Source: a virus | Taxonomy: Duplodnaviria > Caudoviricetes | Reading direction: 5' to 3' (one strand) | Virus record (IMG/VR): IMGVR_UViG_2919380674_000001 | Coordinates: 15,963-79,962 of that record | DNA: 64,000 bases | Notes under the pieces: model-generated | What the model was told of the DNA's origin: nothing | Database searches by the model: none | Seen by the model: only the letters and a program-made list of their open reading frames with translations | Translations under genes and position numbers: made by a program | Shown: piece after piece, positions 58,628 through 64,000 of the stretch | How the letters are laid out: every line of letters starts with the position of its first letter | Position numbering within the stretch: the stretch's first letter is position 1

Positions 58628-58781
58628 AGGGTATAGGAGATGCCTACATTACATTTCTAGATTGCGTTCCAATTTGATCCGTTTCTGTTTAACCGAGATA
58701 GGCAAACGTACACAGTAAGACGTAGATCTTACCAGTGTAATGATTTTGGAATATAAACTTAGTTAAACTCGTTATTGATAC

Positions 58782-59108
58782 TTACACCCCTCTTTGTTTT
58801 TCGCGATAGTTTCGCCCGTAAATATATGCCACCATGATGATGAGTATTGTAAACCGAGTCCAAGAGGAATTTTGAATGGTAATCAAACCGATTGTGGAAG
58901 CCATATACAGTAGTGACCAGAAAACCTCAGAGAGACTTTCTTGAAAACGTCTGTAGATACTCCACACCGCAGTGGCAGTGAGAATTGCAATCATTGCTAG
59001 ATTGTGAAATTCATTCCATTTGGAGGTGGTCAAGTCGCTTGCAAGAAAGATCAGGGATGATGCCCACAACATCTCAGGGACTATTGCACTAGCACTAGTC
59101 TTGTTCAT
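58782..59108 (-). CDS. 4-TM putative immunity protein
   Basis: Starts 20 nt downstream of the precursor; hydrophobic with a basic tail. Confidence 0.58.
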   Translation of the reverse strand: MNKTSASAIVPEMLWASSLIFLASDLTTSKWNEFHNLAMIAILTATAVWSIYRRFQESLSEVFWSLLYMASTIGLITIQNSSWTRFTILIIMVAYIYGRNYREKQRGV

Positions 59109-59128
59109 TTCAATATACCCCCATCGAA

Positions 59129-59824
59129 TTACTCGCCTTCGATTTCCACAGTGATTGGTGGGATTGCCCAATCAGAGTAGAAGGTAATACCTTTACCTTG
59201 ATGAAGAGCCCCAACTACTTTCGCGGCAATATTTGCGAAAAATTGTCCACCTAAAACAGCAGTTGCGATGCCTGCTACCGTTCCGAGTGGGCCGGCAAGT
59301 GATGTCAATAATGGCCAAACAGCAGCAACAGCTGCAGGTCCTGCTTCAGCTGCAGTTGCCAAGAATGCAAATGTTCCGGCTTGTAAATCAGCATTGGAGA
59401 TGTGAAAGAGGCGGGCTGCACGATCACTACTGGATGTTGAGGTTCTTTCAATGATGTTTATTGCTGGTGCTTGACCAGAAGCAAAACTATGAAGAAGTTT
59501 CACTTGGTCAGCGGTAAAATGGTATTCGTCATGCAGCTCTACATCTGTTGCGGTGATAGAGAACTTTCCTGGTGCGGTAATGCTGCTTTTCAGCACAGGA
59601 TTTGCTTGTGCTATTTTTGCTGCAAATTCTATTGCTTGGGCTTCTGTGAGTGTGATTGATTCAGTTGGAGTTACGTCCTTGTCAAGCTCAGATAACGAAG
59701 TAATGTGAATCGCATTTAAACTATTCGACAGATTGGCAGCGTTCGCAATACCTGTTACCGAAACAGATAACGCGATCGTGCATATACTAGCAACCGTAAA
59801 TTGTGCAATTCTGTGTAGTTTCAT
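59129..59824 (-). CDS. Secreted precursor with a Gly/Ala-rich hydrophobic C-terminal domain (bacteriocin-like)
   Basis: Signal peptide closely similar to that of 53960-54607; AEAGPAAVAAVWPLLTSLAGPLGTVAGIATAVLGG; GAAAGGA RBS. Confidence 0.55.
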   Translation of the reverse strand: MKLHRIAQFTVASICTIALSVSVTGIANAANLSNSLNAIHITSLSELDKDVTPTESITLTEAQAIEFAAKIAQANPVLKSSITAPGKFSITATDVELHDEYHFTADQVKLLHSFASGQAPAINIIERTSTSSSDRAARLFHISNADLQAGTFAFLATAAEAGPAAVAAVWPLLTSLAGPLGTVAGIATAVLGGQFFANIAAKVVGALHQGKGITFYSDWAIPPITVEIEGE

Positions 59825-59903
59825 AATAATGTTTCCTTTCGTCATACCACCGTTGGTGGCGGGTTACGCAGCTTGGGGATATGGGATGCAATCTCCTCTT
59901 AGA

Positions 59904-59983
59904 GATACTGCTAGTTAAGCATTTCTTGCTAGTGCTACAACACCGATAAATGTCAGGGTGCGACCCTGATATTCGTCAGGGTG
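59904..59983 (-). promoter_or_regulatory. Conserved cassette promoter with two palindromic boxes
   Basis: CCGATAAATGTCAG (59943-59956) and CTGATATTCGTCAG (59966-59979) with a 9-bp spacer; directly after the terL stop. Confidence 0.78.
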
Positions 59984-59985
59984 TG

Positions 59986-61596
59986 CTAAATAAACAACAG
60001 TCCGCGCTCGTCATAGACTGACTCGGCGTCATCGTCGCCGCCGTTTCTGAGTGCCCGGTCGAGCGCCATGATGAGGGCGACGATGCCGTCGATTTTCTCG
60101 GTGGATTTGGCTTTGTCGGGTTTGATGTTGCCTGCGGGGTCTTGCCGGACGGTGATGTTGTCTGCCATCCACGCGAGCACCGGGTGCCCGCCATGCGCCA
60201 ATCGGCCTTCGAGGGCTAGTTTCATCAGTTCCTTCGAGGGTGGGCTCATGTCTTTAAATCCCTGCCCGAAAGGAACAACAGTGAAGCCGAGTCCTTCGAG
60301 GTTCTGCGACATTTGGACGGCGCCCCACCTGTCGTAGGCGATTTCCCTGATGTTGTATCTGAGGTCGAGTTGTTCGATTTCGTGCTCGATATGGTCGTAG
60401 TGCACGACGTTGCCCTCAGTCGTTTCGAGAAAGCCTTGCCGGTGCCACAGGTCATAAGGGACGTGATCCCTTGCTACGCGCAGATCCAATGTGTCTTCTG
60501 GAAGCCACAGCTTCGGCAGAATCCAATACGGCTCGTCCGGCTCGATGGGCGGGAACACCAAAACGAATGCCGTAATGTCGCTTGTGGATGACAGGTCGAG
60601 TCCGCCGTAACAAACCCGCCCTTCGAGAGCTTTATCGTCTACGGGTGCGTTGTTTTGGTTCCAGACGTTCATGGGCATCCAGCGCACTTCTTGCTTCACC
60701 CACTGATTGAGCCTGAGCTGCCTGAAAGAGTTTTCTTCGGCGGGGTTTTGCTTCGCGGACTCGCACGCATCACGCACCTTGTCGAGGGTGACGGTGATGC
60801 CAAGGGAGGGGTTGGCTTTGCGCCACACCTGCTCGTCTGTCCAGTCCTCGTTCATGTCGGCACCGTAGATGACGGGATAGAACCTGGGGTCGTGCTTTTT
60901 GCCTGCCAGGATGTCGAGGGCTTTCTGATGCTGCTCGTAGCAAATACTGTGGGTGTCCGAACCGGCCGTAGTGATGAGGAAATAGAGCGGCTGGGTTCTC
61001 GCGTCACCGGAGCCTTTCGTCATCACATCAAACAGCTTGCGGTTCGGCTGGGTGTGTAGTTCATCGAAGACCACGCCTGAGATGTTGAACCCGTGCTTGG
61101 AGTAGGCTTCAGCGGAAAGCACCTGGTAGAAGCTGTTGGTTGGGGTGTAGATGATGCGTTTTTGGGAGCGTAGGATTTTCACACGTTTCGCTAATGGTGG
61201 GCACATGCGCACCATGTCTGCTGCCACTTCGAACACGATTGAGGCTTGCTGCCGATCCGCCGCGCACCCGTACACCTCGGCACGTTCCTCACCGTCAGCG
61301 CAGGTGAGTAGCAGTGCGATAGCGGCGGCGAGTTCGCTCTTGCCTTGCTTCTTCGGTATTTCCACATACGCTTGGGTGAATTGGCGGTATCCGTCGGGTT
61401 TGAGGGTGCCGAACAGGTCGCGGATTATTTGTTCCTGCCAGCCCAGCAGCTCGAAACGTTTGCCAGCCCAGCGGCCTTTCGTATGTGTGAGCGCCTCGAT
61501 GAACGCTACCGCATAATCCGCTGCCCGCTTATCGTAATGGGAGGAGGGCGCGGCGAAGCGAGTGGGCACGTATTGCTCAAGTTTGCGCATCGCCAT
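59986..61596 (-). CDS. terL: Terminase large subunit (second element)
   Basis: EIPKKQGKSE, VFDELH, GGLDLSST; paralogue of 18580-20184. Confidence 0.95.
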   Translation of the reverse strand: MAMRKLEQYVPTRFAAPSSHYDKRAADYAVAFIEALTHTKGRWAGKRFELLGWQEQIIRDLFGTLKPDGYRQFTQAYVEIPKKQGKSELAAAIALLLTCADGEERAEVYGCAADRQQASIVFEVAADMVRMCPPLAKRVKILRSQKRIIYTPTNSFYQVLSAEAYSKHGFNISGVVFDELHTQPNRKLFDVMTKGSGDARTQPLYFLITTAGSDTHSICYEQHQKALDILAGKKHDPRFYPVIYGADMNEDWTDEQVWRKANPSLGITVTLDKVRDACESAKQNPAEENSFRQLRLNQWVKQEVRWMPMNVWNQNNAPVDDKALEGRVCYGGLDLSSTSDITAFVLVFPPIEPDEPYWILPKLWLPEDTLDLRVARDHVPYDLWHRQGFLETTEGNVVHYDHIEHEIEQLDLRYNIREIAYDRWGAVQMSQNLEGLGFTVVPFGQGFKDMSPPSKELMKLALEGRLAHGGHPVLAWMADNITVRQDPAGNIKPDKAKSTEKIDGIVALIMALDRALRNGGDDDAESVYDERGLLFI

Positions 61597-61669
61597 ACTG
61601 TTGGTCTCCTTCCGGGGCGTGAATAAAAGCCCAACCGTCAGTGGGGTTGGGCTCTACCTGGCTGGCTGT

Positions 61670-61966
61670 TTAGTTGTTGATCTGGTTCATGACCCAGGCG
61701 ATGGCGTGTCCGGCGTCTTGGAAGTATTCGTCGGTCTCAGCGATCAATCCGAGTGCGCATTCGTTAAAGCCTCGGGAGTTCGGGCCGAACCCTGGGATTG
61801 GTTCTTCCAGGGCGATGTAGAGGCGGGCGGTGTTGCCTTGTTTGCCTTTGCCCATGTTCACCCAGTTGGTTGCGATGACGTGAGTGCCGTATTGGATGAC
61901 CGCGCCGAAGCTGTTGGTGTTCATTTGCAGGTATTCCATCGTCACCTTGGTCTCGTTGGTTTCCAT
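61670..61966 (-). CDS. Phage hypothetical protein upstream of terL
   Basis: GAAAGGG RBS; followed by a hairpin at 61628-61653; same slot as 18275-18469. Confidence 0.6.
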   Translation of the reverse strand: METNETKVTMEYLQMNTNSFGAVIQYGTHVIATNWVNMGKGKQGNTARLYIALEEPIPGFGPNSRGFNECALGLIAETDEYFQDAGHAIAWVMNQINN

Positions 61967-62019
61967 TGTCGTTGCCGCCCTTTCCCGTTTGGCTGGTTTT
62001 GTTTTGGTATGTATATACT

Positions 62020-62451
62020 GTGAATCCCAATCCAAAATATGGGGTAGAAAAGACAAAGATCTTCTGGGATGCAGATTGCACTAATTTCGCCTCACAGATT
62101 CTTCTTGCTGGTGGAGTTGGCATGGACACCTACAACGATGTTTACAAGGGTTGGTGGTGGAAAGGTAAAGGCAACCGATCCGTGTCATGGATTAATGCCA
62201 ATACTTTCAAAAACTATATGGGAAGCGGATACAGCACGCGATCATGGCGTTCATTTGTGTCAAACGTCCGGTCAGGAGATTTCATAGGTGTCGATTTTGG
62301 CAACGATGGATCGGTGGATCATATCGGGTTCGTTTATTCAAAGAGTGGAAGCAGACTACGAATCGCGCAGCACACGCGAAATTACCTTGACTGGAACGGT
62401 GATTGGCCAGATTCCGACAATGAAGGGAAGTACTATCGTGTGCGGCGATAA
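62020..62451 (+). pseudogene. 5'-truncated putative amidase (Amidase_6-like) domain
   Basis: NPKY...DCTNFASQILLAGG...DHIGFV...IAQHT; no native N-terminus. Confidence 0.75.
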
Positions 62452-62458
62452 CGGCTTT

Positions 62459-62860
62459 ATGCGGCGCTTGCCTAGAATCCAACTGTGGACCATCGGCACG
62501 TTAAGCGCCGCAGGAATTATTGCTCTTGCATACGGCTGGTCTCTGCAGTCTGATCCTTACGTGTTGGCAATTCTACTGTTACTTTATGGCGGATTTCTGC
62601 CCTTAATCGTTATTGCTTTCACCTTCGTGAAGAAGATGGGAATTAAGCAGCGGGTTACAGTTTTCGGGTGTTGCTTGTTGATGTGCGTTACTGCGTTGCT
62701 GTTCGGATTTTTCGGGGAAGAGATTGTAGCTTCTGCCGGTATTGGTATGGTTAGTTATATGTTTTGGCCGGGACGGGAAATCAATCTTGGCCTCAGCCTT
62801 GTGTCTATAGTTTTGTGCATGGGAATCACACTGTTGCAGTACTTGCGCGAACATAGCTAA
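62459..62860 (+). CDS. 4-TM protein, putative immunity
   Basis: Directly follows the amidase; hydrophobic. Confidence 0.55.
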   Translation: MRRLPRIQLWTIGTLSAAGIIALAYGWSLQSDPYVLAILLLLYGGFLPLIVIAFTFVKKMGIKQRVTVFGCCLLMCVTALLFGFFGEEIVASAGIGMVSYMFWPGREINLGLSLVSIVLCMGITLLQYLREHS

Positions 62861-62936
62861 TCCGACAAAGCAAACGAATGCAGCCGATTTTCAATACAGG
62901 CTGAACTTATGTATGCTTTAAACATCTGGAGGTTAA

Positions 62937-63122
62937 ATGATTAAATTCTTTAAAGCGTTTGCACCAATTTTTACCATTAGCTATCTCCTGCTGGTCGCTG
63001 TTATATCTTTACTTGAATATTACATGCTAGTACTCACCGACGGGCATATCTGGCTAATGGCATTACCCGTTCCGCTAATTCTATCTATCGGGTTTGGGCT
63101 TCGAGAAAGAAATGGTAAATAA
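62937..63122 (+). CDS. Small 2-TM protein (orphan immunity-like)
   Basis: GGAGG RBS; hydrophobic with a basic tail. Confidence 0.6.
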   Translation: MIKFFKAFAPIFTISYLLLVAVISLLEYYMLVLTDGHIWLMALPVPLILSIGFGLRERNGK

Positions 63123-63169
63123 TTCGGCTATTCCCGAGACTGTGCTGCTTCGGCTAGACAGGGAGGAAT

Positions 63170-63430
63170 AACAATTACTACACACAGGGCGCGGCTGTCA
63201 CTGATGCTGGAGTAAGCATTAACGGTACTTTTTACACTCAGGAAGATTTAGCGAAGCATTTGAACATGCAATTTTATTGGCAGGTGAGCAGCATTCCGGA
63301 GTGATTACTCGAGCGGTTATTGCTGCTGCGGGTATCTATTTCATTCCGGGTATTGGAGAAATCGCAATTACAGTCACGGAGGCTATTTTAATAGCTGGCG
63401 GAACCGTCGCGGTGGGTACATGGCAGTGGA
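63170..63430 (+). pseudogene. Degraded secreted toxin-like gene
   Basis: VSINGTFYTQEDL, then in another frame VITRAVIAAAGIYFIPGIGEIAI...AVGTW. Confidence 0.4.
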
Positions 63431-63513
63431 TTCCTGCACACAGTGGATCTGCTCGCGCAGCGCAACGGTTTGTTCGTCAAACATCACGGCAGCGATGGAA
63501 AAGTCACGCTGCT

Positions 63514-63597
63514 CTAAATCCCGACCGGAATGATTTCATCGATAGTGACGATTCGGCGGGGTTTGGTGGTGAATTTTTCTTCATAGTGCTCAGCGGC
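63514..63597 (-). pseudogene. 3' relic of a tail-chaperone frameshift extension
   Basis: KPRRIVTIDEIIPVGI* resembles QPLRQWFIDDVIPAGI* ending at 27373. Confidence 0.5.
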
Positions 63598-63682
63598 TTA
63601 TTTGCAGTGAAAATTAGGATATGACGCACTTGTATTGTTGAGGGGTAATGTTGGCGGCAAGATTCCTGTTGCGCTTTTAGGG

Positions 63683-64000
63683 CTATTGTGTGATACCGGC
63701 TTTGATGGCGGTGATGGCGAGTTCGCCTCTGGTTGCACAGCCGGTATGGGTGAGGATATCAGAGACGTAGGAGCGCACTGTCGTTTCTCTGAGACCAGTC
63801 TGCTGGGCAATGTTTTTGTTCGCGAGGGCTTTCAGCAGCAGGTGGAACGTGGGGCGCAGGTGCTCTGGCAGAGTGTCTACTGCGATAATAAAGTTTGCGT
63901 ATTGTTCTCGGTTTTATTGGTTTTGTGCGTAGGAGTCAGTGAGAATTTCGGTGGGTATGGGTGCCATCACTCGCTGGCCGGCATGGGCTTTCCGGATTAG
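63683..64000 (-). pseudogene. Second NarL-type response regulator (3' part) with an internal stop; runs off the window edge
   Basis: LIRKAHAGQRVMAPIPTEIL...NKNIAQQTGLRETTVRSYVSDIL...RGELAITAIKAG aligns with 57758-58417; TAA at 63914-63916. Confidence 0.8.

Larger units (their letters stand above)
49138..62018 (-). mobile_element. Defective prophage 2 carrying a bacteriocin-like cassette array
   Basis: terL, truncated portal, zinc-finger relic, SHOCT-like gene and two recombinases, all homologous to prophage 1. Confidence 0.85.

Noticed and set aside
54689-59983. Cassette repeats as integron attC sites or CRISPR repeats
   Set aside because: They lie upstream of genes in promoter position, lack attC R/L box structure, and no tyrosine integrase is present
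63635-64000. 121-aa plus-strand ORF at the right edge
   Set aside because: Antisense shadow of the response-regulator fragment
1-64000. tRNA or rRNA genes
   Set aside because: None recognised by eye; a covariance-model scan could not be run

Overview
The window holds two related temperate-siphovirus-type elements facing each other, with a defence cassette between them. The host is probably a high-GC Gram-positive bacterium (Actinomycetaceae-like; inference). (1) Bases ~1-40500 (+) are a nearly complete HK97-type prophage. Gene order: antirepressor, P4-type primase, VRR-NUC, SNF2 helicase, HNH, terS, metK, two DNA methyltransferases, terL, portal, Clp protease, capsid, tail, holin, Cpl-7 amidase, two large serine recombinases. 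It is interrupted by an IS3, by an IS110 whose bridge-RNA guides can be read from the sequence, and by several morons. (2) Bases 40498-49164 are an 8.6 kb operon (HTH, Type III mod, res, gajA, gajB) bounded by two 52-bp serine-recombinase att-like sites in direct orientation. (3) Bases ~49165-62020 (-) are a collapsed second prophage that lost ~15 kb of head, tail and lysis genes. Its terL-portal gap has grown into an array of three secreted bacteriocin-like precursor + small membrane immunity-like gene pairs. All three share a palindromic upstream box, and a divergent small-peptide / histidine kinase / NarL regulator operon sits among them. The peptide gene is hidden by a 1-nt frameshift and ends in a C-X8-C loop. 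This candidate phage-borne, peptide-controlled bacteriocin regulon is the most striking signal. The last 2 kb hold relics of further toxin/immunity genes and a second regulator paralogue. No database searches were run; family names come from motif recognition.
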